Of a DNA stretch of 64,000 nucleotides, positions 38,315 through 47,032 are shown one piece after another. The stretch is taken from IMG/VR virus record IMGVR_UViG_3300020583_000010, positions 32,001 through 96,000 of that record; one strand, 5' to 3'. Origin of the DNA: a virus. Made by a program: the position numbers and the translations under genes. The first letter of the stretch is position 1, and each line of letters opens with the position of its first letter. The notes beneath the pieces were generated by a model, which did not search any database, was not told where the DNA came from, and worked only from the letters and a program-made list of their open reading frames with translations.

Positions 38315-39216
38315 AGGTCTGTGAGATCCCCAATTAAGTCCTCAAAACTCAAGGACTCTCCGGCAGCATCATCAAGTGATGGAGTAGGTGCAGGAGTAGA
38401 GTTGTCTAGAGTAGGAGTTTCATTACTTGATCCAGCCTGAGCTAGAATCTGATCAGTGTTAGAAATTGCCACACCATTAACTATATCCCAGTTTCTCTTA
38501 ACACGGTTAACTAGAGACTCTACTTGAGCTCTATCCTTGACTTGAGCTATTGCCTTAGATAGGTCATTATCCTCGATACGATTTTCTTTGAATGTCTCCA
38601 TAGTCTGTGACTTTCTAGCGTCATCAGCTAACCATTCAGCAGTTTGAGAAATCATAATATTAAACTTCTGGTAAGTCTCATGCTCACAAGGACCTAGAAT
38701 CAAATCATGCTTCTTAAGGTCATAATTTCCTTCTTTGACCAAAGCGCGAAGTTCTGCATACTTAGCTGCTCCAAATACCCACACTTCTGCGGATACCCCG
38801 AACGGCTTCTGTACTTCTGAAGAACCTGCTTTAGTATTATACTTAATTATGTTCAAGGCATACTTAGGTTGGGGACCACGAAACCGGTCAAACTGCGTAG
38901 AAGCCTCGCAAGCAGGGCAATTCTTAACATCCACACCTTGTTGGAATAGTGTCTCTTCATCTCCCAGGCACTGGAATGAGGCTACAAACTTATCTTTCCA
39001 GTCTTCGTAGGTGCTCTGATCCTTACGCTTTCTTACTTCCATAACACCTTTGCCATCTAGAATCACTGGCTCTACCAACTGATGTACAAAAGCCTCATAA
39101 GGTGTCTCAAGAACACAAACACGAGCCTTGTCGCCCGTCTTCAGCTTAAGTTTGGGAAAGGAATCTCCACGGTTGAAAGCTGGTGAAACTTCATCTGTAA
39201 AACTAATTCTACCCAT
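38311..39216 (-). CDS. ssDNA-binding protein (gp32-like)
   Basis: KLKTG...H...C...CPAC zinc motif; acidic tail. Confidence 0.75.
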   Translation of the reverse strand: MGRISFTDEVSPAFNRGDSFPKLKLKTGDKARVCVLETPYEAFVHQLVEPVILDGKGVMEVRKRKDQSTYEDWKDKFVASFQCLGDEETLFQQGVDVKNCPACEASTQFDRFRGPQPKYALNIIKYNTKAGSSEVQKPFGVSAEVWVFGAAKYAELRALVKEGNYDLKKHDLILGPCEHETYQKFNIMISQTAEWLADDARKSQTMETFKENRIEDNDLSKAIAQVKDRAQVESLVNRVKRNWDIVNGVAISNTDQILAQAGSSNETPTLDNSTPAPTPSLDDAAGESLSFEDLIGDLTDL

Positions 39217-39226
39217 TTAATTTATC

Positions 39227-39724
39227 TCACTTATCATTATAAGGTTGGATCTGAAATGTTCTAAGCCATGTTCTATGATCTTGTAATATGTCATTTATGC
39301 CTCTAAAGGCTACCTTTATAACATCGGAGGCCTCATCTAGCAGGGCTAAAACTTCTTCTGCCTGACGTAGTTTTCTACGGCTGTCTAGCACTGCTAAATC
39401 TGCTTCCGCATACCTCTCACGAGGCCCTTCGTACTGATCTCTATTGCGGGCAGAAGACTTTTTCATGTCTACTATAGCAGTAGACCATTTATCATCTACT
39501 GATGCTTTTAATACGGCCACATATCTAAGTACCTTAGATCTTCTTCGTAAGATCTTTATACTTATCTCTTCTACACGATCTGACTTTGCCCTAGCATCTA
39601 GTAAAGAGTCTAGTACTATCTGTGGGATAGCTTGTGATGACGGAAGACTAACTTCTAACCTTAACTGTAGAACCTCATCTAACAGATCAGCTATGCCAGA
39701 AGTTAATTCATCCAAATAAGTCAT
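39227..39724 (-). CDS. Helical protein, possible UvsY-like recombination mediator
   Basis: Size, helicity, adjacency to SSB/RecA (inference). Confidence 0.5.
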   Translation of the reverse strand: MTYLDELTSGIADLLDEVLQLRLEVSLPSSQAIPQIVLDSLLDARAKSDRVEEISIKILRRRSKVLRYVAVLKASVDDKWSTAIVDMKKSSARNRDQYEGPRERYAEADLAVLDSRRKLRQAEEVLALLDEASDVIKVAFRGINDILQDHRTWLRTFQIQPYNDK

Positions 39725-40039
39725 CTATGCCTTAGTTGCTAGCGCAATCTTACTTTTAACAAGACCTGTTAAATCTTGTAACCTGATTGCTAGAGCTCTT
39801 GGAACATCTAAGTCTCTAGCCTTCAAAGCTAACACATACTCTACTGTCAGTAGTCTTTCAGCTTCTGCTGAAAGTATAGCATAGGCAGTACTTAATGTCA
39901 AACTTTCTGGTGACCTATCATTCTCAAGAAGGAGTCTTAATAAGTCATCTTCATCTAGTTCAACATCAACTTTAGCCCAGCTACAAGACTTTAACTCCTC
40001 AGAAAATCCTTTTGTTACCTTCATGCTACCAACTCCCAC
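39725..40039 (-). CDS. Hypothetical protein
   Basis: ORF in operon. Confidence 0.65.
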   Translation of the reverse strand: MGVGSMKVTKGFSEELKSCSWAKVDVELDEDDLLRLLLENDRSPESLTLSTAYAILSAEAERLLTVEYVLALKARDLDVPRALAIRLQDLTGLVKSKIALATKA

Positions 40040-42039
40040 TTACCAGTTTCTGTCTTATGAATATCTTTACAAGATCCCCAGCGTTCCCAGGTATGCCAGT
40101 CTGCCACCATATCTGGCCATCCCTGAACTGGGAAGACCACCGCTGGTTCTAGGAGTGAACACACTGTATCTAGATCTACACTCTTGTGCACATAGAATTC
40201 TAGAGCATCATGTATATTCATTACTAGATGAATTTTATCCGCCAGACCTGCTGCTTTTATAGCTTTAGTGGCCCGGACCATGGCAATCTTAGGTACATCT
40301 CCCGTAGCTGATCCTTGAATCACAGTATTGAAGGCCATTCTATCAGCCTTACCCTGGGCATAATGACTCTTATCCTGATAATCCCAAATAGTCATCTTGC
40401 GCCCGAATTTTGTTATGGAATATCCATTCTTACGGCCTAGTTGCATACACTTATCAATATATCTCTTGATATTTGGATAGGCCGCATACCATCTATCTTG
40501 AAGATCCTGCGCTTCTTCTTCAGAAGTTCCCATACTCTCAGCGAGTGCCTTAATTCCCTGCTGATATACTGTTGCAAAGTTTAGAGTCTTACCTCTTTGC
40601 CTTTTAACAGGATCTACCTGATCTGCTGGTATCTGGAACATAAGCATGGCACTTTTAACATGGACATCCTCACCGTTAGCAAATGCCTCCAAAAGAGCAG
40701 TCTCATTAGCCTCGCCAGCAATCGCTCTCAACTCTGCTTGCCCGTAGTCAAACCCGACAGCGTAGTAATCCTCAGGACATACTACGGCATCACGAAAACA
40801 GAACTCTAGAAAGGCGTTGCCAGACTCATACCGTGTCATTTTCTTACCGGCTAAAGGTCCTTCTTTATATGAGATATTGCCCCCTGGTAATTGCTGATAA
40901 CCAGGTTTAGATACTGAGAATCTTCCAGAGATTACAAATACTTGATGATGACTAGGATGTGTTAGACCCTCATGCTCAATATCATAACTGAAGTCTCTCT
41001 CATACTTATCGAGATATGATCCTATTAGTTTATTAACTTCTCGCCACTCTAGCAAACTTCGTATTACTGGGTGTTTCTGAGCTAGGCCTTCTAGAGCAAC
41101 CGTGTCTGTTGACATTTTGGGCTCAGTAGAGTCTCTAGTACCCTTAGTGTACCTAGTAGTAGAAAATCCCAGTCTGTTATATAAAAGATTTTGTACTTGA
41201 GCAGGTGAGTTAAGGTTTACAGTGACTGGTTCTCCTAGCATCTCTGAGAAAGTATCCTGAATATTGGATAGTTGTATATCTTTGAATACTTTAGCATGCT
41301 CACTTACATCTCTCATGAACTTCCAGTCGAAGTAAACTCCAAATCTTTCCATTTCATACACTACATAGAGGACTTGCATCTCTAACTTGTATATGAAATG
41401 ATCTTTCACAATAGGGTAGTGTTTATTATGAAGCGCAAGAGCCCACAGAGCATCTTCACAAGCGTAGTCTATTACTTTAGAATTCAACTCAAGCACGTTG
41501 AACCGTATAATACTCTTCTTACTGTCAGGAAGATCTGGAAAGAGTTCATGAATCTCGGTCATTTGATGTCCGAATATTTCAAATACTAATTTCTTAAGTG
41601 CATTACTCTTATAGGCAGAGACTATAGCAGCTTCTATCAGAGTACATGAAAATATTGGGAAAGGTTCTTTTCCTACTATTTCTATACCAAGATACTCTAT
41701 AAGCCAGGGAACTAGGAAACTTAACTCGAACTTTGCATTGTGAGCTATTACTAAACCTGACTTAAGAAGTGGCCATATAATCTCAGCTACTTCTTTATTG
41801 TCTAAGTTCTCTTCAGCATAGTCATGCCGTAACGGTATATATCTAGCCCAATCAGTTGAATTAGCTACACTTATTCCTACTACAAAGCCTTCTTGCGGAT
41901 GAGTGGCCGCGTCTTTCCTGTCAGGACCATCATACCCAGTCTCAATGTCAAGGCCCACAGGTGTTCCTTCAGCTAGGAACTTGTCCACTATGGACTTTAG
42001 CTCTTCTAGTGTGTGCACTAAGCCGTAATTACGAAGCAC
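40021..42039 (-). CDS. polA: DNA polymerase family A with 3'-5' exonuclease
   Basis: DIET exo I; motif A DYGQAELR; motif B RQRGKTLNFATVY; motif C IHDAL. Confidence 0.96.
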   Translation of the reverse strand: MLRNYGLVHTLEELKSIVDKFLAEGTPVGLDIETGYDGPDRKDAATHPQEGFVVGISVANSTDWARYIPLRHDYAEENLDNKEVAEIIWPLLKSGLVIAHNAKFELSFLVPWLIEYLGIEIVGKEPFPIFSCTLIEAAIVSAYKSNALKKLVFEIFGHQMTEIHELFPDLPDSKKSIIRFNVLELNSKVIDYACEDALWALALHNKHYPIVKDHFIYKLEMQVLYVVYEMERFGVYFDWKFMRDVSEHAKVFKDIQLSNIQDTFSEMLGEPVTVNLNSPAQVQNLLYNRLGFSTTRYTKGTRDSTEPKMSTDTVALEGLAQKHPVIRSLLEWREVNKLIGSYLDKYERDFSYDIEHEGLTHPSHHQVFVISGRFSVSKPGYQQLPGGNISYKEGPLAGKKMTRYESGNAFLEFCFRDAVVCPEDYYAVGFDYGQAELRAIAGEANETALLEAFANGEDVHVKSAMLMFQIPADQVDPVKRQRGKTLNFATVYQQGIKALAESMGTSEEEAQDLQDRWYAAYPNIKRYIDKCMQLGRKNGYSITKFGRKMTIWDYQDKSHYAQGKADRMAFNTVIQGSATGDVPKIAMVRATKAIKAAGLADKIHLVMNIHDALEFYVHKSVDLDTVCSLLEPAVVFPVQGWPDMVADWHTWERWGSCKDIHKTETGKWELVA

Positions 42040-42454
42040 TACCAGATTCCTTTAGTTTTCTCAAGTCAAAATGTAAATTAATAAGTTCTGTTTGTAGCTC
42101 ATGTACTTTTTCTTCTGTTTCTTTTTTCTCAGTTGTATGTTCTACTATTAATCTCTCATTTTCATTTATTAAACTACTTATTTTATCTTCTAACAAAGTT
42201 TTTACTTCTCTAAACTCTGAGGCTTGTCTCTTCTTTGATTCCTCAACCTCGTCTAGGCCATGTTGTAGTAACTCATTAACTCTAGCTACATTACCCAATT
42301 CTAGACTTTGAAGAATGTATGGTTCCCGTCTTTCATTACGCCTATCAGCATTCTTAGCCGTCTTCTCAAGTCTTTTTGAGGTCCAAAAGTTATAGAGTAG
42401 TACAGTCGCGCCAGAACTACCGACAGCGCTAGCTATACCCACTAAGTCAATCAT
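42029..42454 (-). CDS. Membrane-anchored coiled-coil protein
   Basis: N-terminal hydrophobic helix then coiled coil. Confidence 0.65.
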   Translation of the reverse strand: MIDLVGIASAVGSSGATVLLYNFWTSKRLEKTAKNADRRNERREPYILQSLELGNVARVNELLQHGLDEVEESKKRQASEFREVKTLLEDKISSLINENERLIVEHTTEKKETEEKVHELQTELINLHFDLRKLKESGSAS

Positions 42455-42484
42455 CGCACTTTGGACCTTCCAGCATTATTCAAG

Positions 42485-42557
42485 CTCAGGGTATAAGATT
42501 CGAACTTATGACCTTGGGATTAACAATCCCCTGCTCTGCCGACTGAGCTAACCCTGA
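42485..42557 (-). tRNA. tRNA-Asn(GTT)
   Basis: TCAGGGT/ACCCTGA acceptor, loop TTGTTAA, T-loop TTCGAAT. Confidence 0.9.
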
Positions 42558-42653
42558 TAGATATTATATTTTAGACCAGGTATGGTGTCCTCGTATCATA
42601 TGTCCTGCTGTTGATCTAGCAACACCATACTAATTCCCCTAAATCTTCTTGAG

Positions 42654-42724
42654 CTTTCGGCCAGAGATTCGAACTCCAATTGTCGGTACCAGAAACCGGT
42701 GTCCTGCCATTAGACGAGCCGAAA
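42654..42724 (-). tRNA. tRNA-Gln(CTG)
   Basis: TTTCGGC/GCCGAAA acceptor, loop TTCTGGT, T-loop TTCGAAT. Confidence 0.9.
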
Positions 42725-42858
42725 CCGAAGGATGCTGTACAGCATCCTTTGGAGATAAGGATCACGCTCCTAAGCCGAAGGACTAATTTCAAAGGCAATC
42801 GACATAGGGCCATCCCCCTCTCTGTTAATCTGAGTGGAGGACAAACGTCCCTTGTTAT

Positions 42859-42887
42859 ATACTACCATGAAGCCTCCAAGGTGTCTA
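42859..42887 (-). promoter_or_regulatory. Sigma70-type promoter for tRNA/polA operon
   Basis: TAGACA-17-TAGTAT with TG. Confidence 0.65.
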
Positions 42888-42917
42888 GATCCTAGGCTTA
42901 CTTTTCTAACATCGACT

Positions 42918-43838
42918 CTACCACATGAGCACTAGTACCTCCAGAATGCCTTCTGATATGCCTTGACGGTAGTAAGACTCAAGGTAAGCCAGTACCTGGT
43001 GATTTCTTACTAAGTCAGTATAAGAGTATCTTTTAAAGACTGGCAGCAATGAGCTAATTCTATACATAGGAATATTTGTACCTGCGTCTAGTTTAGAATT
43101 TGCAGGTATTTCTTTTAGTTTTTCTATTAACCCTAAACTGTAATCTAAATATGACAACACAGCGCCCACAGAAGAAGCCTGTATTGTTGAAATGGCTTTT
43201 ATTGCTGAGTTTTTATCTCTTTCCAGCAGCGCTTGACTAAACTCTACTGGTGTTTCTTCATCTAGACTCTGAATAGTGTCTATATTTAGTTCTATATCAG
43301 TCATTTCAGGCAGTAATGTTTTTATCTTTTTACAGACATCATAGGTGGCTAAAAGATTTCCATTTTTGTATTCTAATAGTCTTTTTGCTGTACTGTCTGA
43401 AAGATTTCCTATACTAGACACCCAACTTAACTTATGCTCTAGCTTAGCCATCACACATTTTATAACTACAGCCCTAGGAGTTTTCATAGCCTTATTATCA
43501 GATTCTTCATTAGCTACTAATAGAAGAACTGTTTCTGGACTATATTTTGAGTACTTAGCAAGCCAGTCAGTTAGCCTAGGAGCGTCACTGAGTTTCTCTG
43601 CATTTATAATTTCTATAAATCTAAAAGAACCATCAGTCAAGGACCGACTATACACAGTATCCCATATCTCAGTCTCTGGATCACAAGCAGCATCAAATGC
43701 ATAAGTGTCTAAAGGCAGTGCGGCAGTTTCTTTTTTAATAAACTGTCTCACCTCTTTAATAAGAGCCTCCTCAGGTCCGTATACCCAATTTACTCTTCCT
43801 ATCTTAGCACTCCTAGCCCATTGTGTATAAGTACCCAT
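42918..43838 (-). CDS. holA: Clamp loader delta-like subunit
   Basis: VYGPEEALI N-terminus, inactive AAA+ layout, GNL motif. Confidence 0.65.
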   Translation of the reverse strand: MGTYTQWARSAKIGRVNWVYGPEEALIKEVRQFIKKETAALPLDTYAFDAACDPETEIWDTVYSRSLTDGSFRFIEIINAEKLSDAPRLTDWLAKYSKYSPETVLLLVANEESDNKAMKTPRAVVIKCVMAKLEHKLSWVSSIGNLSDSTAKRLLEYKNGNLLATYDVCKKIKTLLPEMTDIELNIDTIQSLDEETPVEFSQALLERDKNSAIKAISTIQASSVGAVLSYLDYSLGLIEKLKEIPANSKLDAGTNIPMYRISSLLPVFKRYSYTDLVRNHQVLAYLESYYRQGISEGILEVLVLMW

Positions 43839-43846
43839 TGTGTGAT

Positions 43847-44218
43847 TTAGATTATGCCTCTGAGAGCTTCCTGAGGTATTCTGGAAGGGGAAATACCCTC
43901 AAGTAGCGTCTGTCGTCTCTGCTGAGTTTCTGCCTCTTCTACTTGAGCTTGTGCTGTATTCAGAGCCATGTCTAGAATGTTAGACACCATAGTCTGAGTC
44001 ACTATCTCTAACTTCAACTGATGCTCTTCATCTAGTAGCACTGATACTAAAGCACTAAGTCTGGCATGAAAGAAGTTTAATGGATTAACACTAGCGTTAA
44101 ACTTTGCAGCTAGCATCTCTTCCCTAGATGAGTTATTACTTATAAGCTCCTCGACCTGTTCCTTTAACTCATCAATAGTTCCGTCTATAGCCTGACTGCC
44201 CACTGCCTCTTCTGTCAT
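43847..44218 (-). CDS. Hypothetical protein
   Basis: ORF in operon. Confidence 0.7.
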   Translation of the reverse strand: MTEEAVGSQAIDGTIDELKEQVEELISNNSSREEMLAAKFNASVNPLNFFHARLSALVSVLLDEEHQLKLEIVTQTMVSNILDMALNTAQAQVEEAETQQRRQTLLEGISPSRIPQEALRGII

Positions 44219-44916
44219 TTTATGCCTTTCTGAGATACTATGTATGCCATTAATAGTGATGTTACTACTCTTTTTTCATCTGCGAACTTTAATGTCTCTA
44301 AAGCCTCTAATAATGACCAGGCAAAGGTATTTCCTAACCCCAAACCTTCTACATCTATACTAGAGAATATTTGAAATCTTTTTGATATACTTTCGTAGCA
44401 CCATATCTTTAGTAATTTTGTGTCTGATGCAGCCCATGAGACCATCGAGTCTCTAAGCAGCTTCTTCTCGCTAAGAGCGGTAGATGCTAATACTTTTAGT
44501 ACTTTTGTTTTACTCTCCACCGTACTATCTGTATTGTCAAAGACTCTCAGTACTTGACATCTAGAGATACATGTATTAATTACCCATGATTCACTAAATA
44601 TTACTATTTTTGCATAGCCTGGAGGATTGTCAAGCACAGACAATAATGAACTCTGAGCACTAGATGATACTCCCGTTAAATTTATTACAACTAACTTGGT
44701 TTTCCCATATGGGGTTAACTGTATAAAGTCTTTAATATTTTGCAGTGTCTGTGTATCTATGTCAGGCACTACTAGTGTGTCTTCATTTAATAAAGCAAGA
44801 TCAAAGTACAGAGTATCTAGAATATTACTCAGAGTCTCTTCTGAGAGTATGCCTTTTATGAGACAGGGTTGCTGTGAACTAGTTATAAAGTTAGAGATAT
44901 TATCTATATCAGGCAT
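44215..44916 (-). CDS. holB: Clamp loader delta-prime-like subunit
   Basis: AQSSLLSVLDNPP and TCISRC match A-N-ALLK-LEEPP / TI-SRC. Confidence 0.7.
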   Translation of the reverse strand: MPDIDNISNFITSSQQPCLIKGILSEETLSNILDTLYFDLALLNEDTLVVPDIDTQTLQNIKDFIQLTPYGKTKLVVINLTGVSSSAQSSLLSVLDNPPGYAKIVIFSESWVINTCISRCQVLRVFDNTDSTVESKTKVLKVLASTALSEKKLLRDSMVSWAASDTKLLKIWCYESISKRFQIFSSIDVEGLGLGNTFAWSLLEALETLKFADEKRVVTSLLMAYIVSQKGIK

Positions 44917-45493
44917 TCAATTTCTCTTCTTCCATAACTTTATGTATATATTGTTTTGCCACTTCTAACCACTTAAGAGCTTCTTTATCTGATGTTGCCT
45001 TGTCTAAGATCTCATATAATTTAGTAATCACTCTAGTTATTGTATTATTATACTGCACAATACCCCAGTTCCGGGGGTTAATGGAGTAACAGTACTCCAT
45101 TAATGAGTCTCTATAGACTGTTCTATCTAAAATTATAGGAGGATCTATAGCTTCTTGCCACTTTTCCTCAAATGTCTTTGGTTTATGGCCTATTTGTTCT
45201 AGCAGATCAAAAGCAGCAAGCCTATATGATATCTCTCTGAGTTTAGCATACACAGATACAGGAGTCATAGTACCACACCCCATAAAACAATTTCCTGTGT
45301 TTGTTTCCGAGTATACCCTCATACTCTTTGATGCATCTCCATCTAAATGGTACATATCTGCATAGGGACATCGGGCTTTAACAGATTTACTATGAGTAAA
45401 CTCTGGAACATATATATTAAACTTACTTAGTACATATCTTAGAGGAACTAGTCTGTTTGCTGTCTGTACTAAAGATTCAACTCTCTGAGTCAA
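44909..45493 (-). CDS. Primase-type zinc-binding domain protein (no TOPRIM)
   Basis: RCP...H.D...SMRVY...CFMGC. Confidence 0.7.
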   Translation of the reverse strand: MTQRVESLVQTANRLVPLRYVLSKFNIYVPEFTHSKSVKARCPYADMYHLDGDASKSMRVYSETNTGNCFMGCGTMTPVSVYAKLREISYRLAAFDLLEQIGHKPKTFEEKWQEAIDPPIILDRTVYRDSLMEYCYSINPRNWGIVQYNNTITRVITKLYEILDKATSDKEALKWLEVAKQYIHKVMEEEKLNA

Positions 45494-45701
45494 GAAGATC
45501 CATCACAGATGTCACGGCAGTATCTAATCTTATAGCTGCATCTTCTAGCTGCCCATACTTCTGCCAAGCTTCGTTGCTGCTCTCAAAGTTTCCTACACGC
45601 TTAGCTGTTCTGTATGCCTGATAAGCCTCTTCGGCTTTCATTTGCAGCTCTGAACGGAGCTCCGCAGGTGTTGCGGACTTTAGTCTAGTTGAGACGCTCA
45701 T
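45477..45701 (-). CDS. Hypothetical protein
   Basis: Overlapping ORF in operon. Confidence 0.6.
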   Translation of the reverse strand: MSVSTRLKSATPAELRSELQMKAEEAYQAYRTAKRVGNFESSNEAWQKYGQLEDAAIRLDTAVTSVMDLLDSES

Positions 45702-45936
45702 TGTCTATTTCCTGACTATTAGAAGCTAGAAGTTCTACACCCCTACATTTATAACATAGCCGGAGTGGTTTATCTTCTTGTATCCATTCCCAGTCTCTGC
45801 GCAGCGGAGCTCCACATATAGGTCCAAACCCTACTGGATCTATATAATGTGCTACTTTGCCGCCAGGTGCCTTGCGCTTATAGTACCAGATATCACTAAG
45901 AGAGGTACCAGCGAAAGGATTATAAGGAACATCCAT
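45685..45936 (-). CDS. Small zinc-finger protein
   Basis: H...CG...CxxC; apparently leaderless from promoter at 45943. Confidence 0.65.
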   Translation of the reverse strand: MDVPYNPFAGTSLSDIWYYKRKAPGGKVAHYIDPVGFGPICGAPLRRDWEWIQEDKPLRLCYKCRGVELLASNSQEIDNERLN

Positions 45937-45942
45937 AAGTCT

Positions 45943-45971
45943 ATGGTACCTCTCTTAGTGCATTCTGTCAA
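45943..45971 (-). promoter_or_regulatory. Sigma70-type promoter
   Basis: TTGACA-17-TACCAT. Confidence 0.75.
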
Positions 45972-45980
45972 GGGGTAATA

Positions 45981-46532
45981 CTAATTACCATAAGTTCCGC
46001 ATACAGGCCATGCTCCTATACCCTGACTGGCCAGAACTGCGTTAGCCACAGTCTCTTGGTCGCCTTGACTAGCCTGGTTCGGGAACTGCGCGTAAAACCC
46101 CCCGCCATAAGCTAGCCATGTGCTCTCAGTAAACTGAAGGCCACCATAGAAGCCATTACCAGTATCAGCTGACCAGTCACCTGATGACTCGCAAGAAGCT
46201 ATGGCATCCCAATTAACAGTACTGGAGCTAGCAGTCTGGGAAGAGTTCTCAATGTTAACAATCGGTTGGTAAACAGTAGGTGAGCTAGGAGTGCTAGTCA
46301 CACCACCTAGTTTAATCACTTCTCCTGGATAGATCAAGTTTGGGTTATTCAAACTATTGATATCTCTAAGATACTGCCATGAAGTGCCATGGCTAGCAGC
46401 AATGATGGATAAAGTCTGCCCTTGTCTCACTGTCACAGAAGTATCTGCGAGAGACACTGAGGCAGTACCTACAACAACTGCCATGGCAACTACAGGGATA
46501 GAAATAAACTTAACAGCTCGGGACTTCAACAC
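45981..46532 (-). CDS. rpf: Secreted LysM + resuscitation-promoting factor (Rpf) domain protein
   Basis: Signal peptide, LysM ([11 protein letters not shown]...NPNLIYPG), [11 protein letters not shown]...NGFYGGLQF...QGIGAWPVC. Confidence 0.93.
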   Translation of the reverse strand: MLKSRAVKFISIPVVAMAVVVGTASVSLADTSVTVRQGQTLSIIAASHGTSWQYLRDINSLNNPNLIYPGEVIKLGGVTSTPSSPTVYQPIVNIENSSQTASSSTVNWDAIASCESSGDWSADTGNGFYGGLQFTESTWLAYGGGFYAQFPNQASQGDQETVANAVLASQGIGAWPVCGTYGN

Positions 46533-46612
46533 TAGTTGATTACCTTTGCTCCGTGTTCGCCATACGTCTAACGCGCAAGTCCTAGTGACTCCCGGGCGAA
46601 TCTCGTTAGAGG

Positions 46613-46641
46613 ATCATACCACAATCAACCCACGGCTGCAA
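46613..46641 (-). promoter_or_regulatory. Sigma70-type promoter of rpf
   Basis: TTGCAG-17-TATGAT. Confidence 0.6.
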
Positions 46642-46726
46642 CCACTTCGAGTGTTACATCATAGTAAGGAAGCACTTCTAGCACTATACAGTCCATACTC
46701 TCGAATGGGTTCATTATCTGGCTCTC

Positions 46727-47032
46727 TTAAGGTTTAAGAATGAAACTTGAGTATTCCCAAGCAGAATAAGGACTCTCTGAAAGCACACCCTGATAGTGCC
46801 ACTTGCCCCCAGTCCAGCCGGTAGTAGTAATGACTCCTGTGTACTTATTCTGGTCGGGGTCGAAAGTTCCCGTACATGTATAGTCTACTACTCTGTCAGA
46901 TGGGTTGTACTCTGGATCTTTTGGCGGAGCATAGAAGTTAAATACGCAGGTAGGATTAGATATTGGCAGTTTTGTTACTCTATCGAAGGCTTGAGCTGTG
47001 ACTGTTATAGTCATCCCTGAGTATAAACTCAT
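46727..47032 (-). CDS. Small beta-sandwich protein, possibly virion-associated
   Basis: Ig-like pattern; coupled to late gene 47029..48276. Confidence 0.65.
   Translation of the reverse strand: MSLYSGMTITVTAQAFDRVTKLPISNPTCVFNFYAPPKDPEYNPSDRVVDYTCTGTFDPDQNKYTGVITTTGWTGGKWHYQGVLSESPYSAWEYSSFILKP

Noticed and set aside
46533-46726. c-di-AMP (ydaO) riboswitch expected upstream of rpf
   Set aside because: Consensus elements (GCTGAATCC, CCCGTCAGCTAAC) are absent and the leader is too short.
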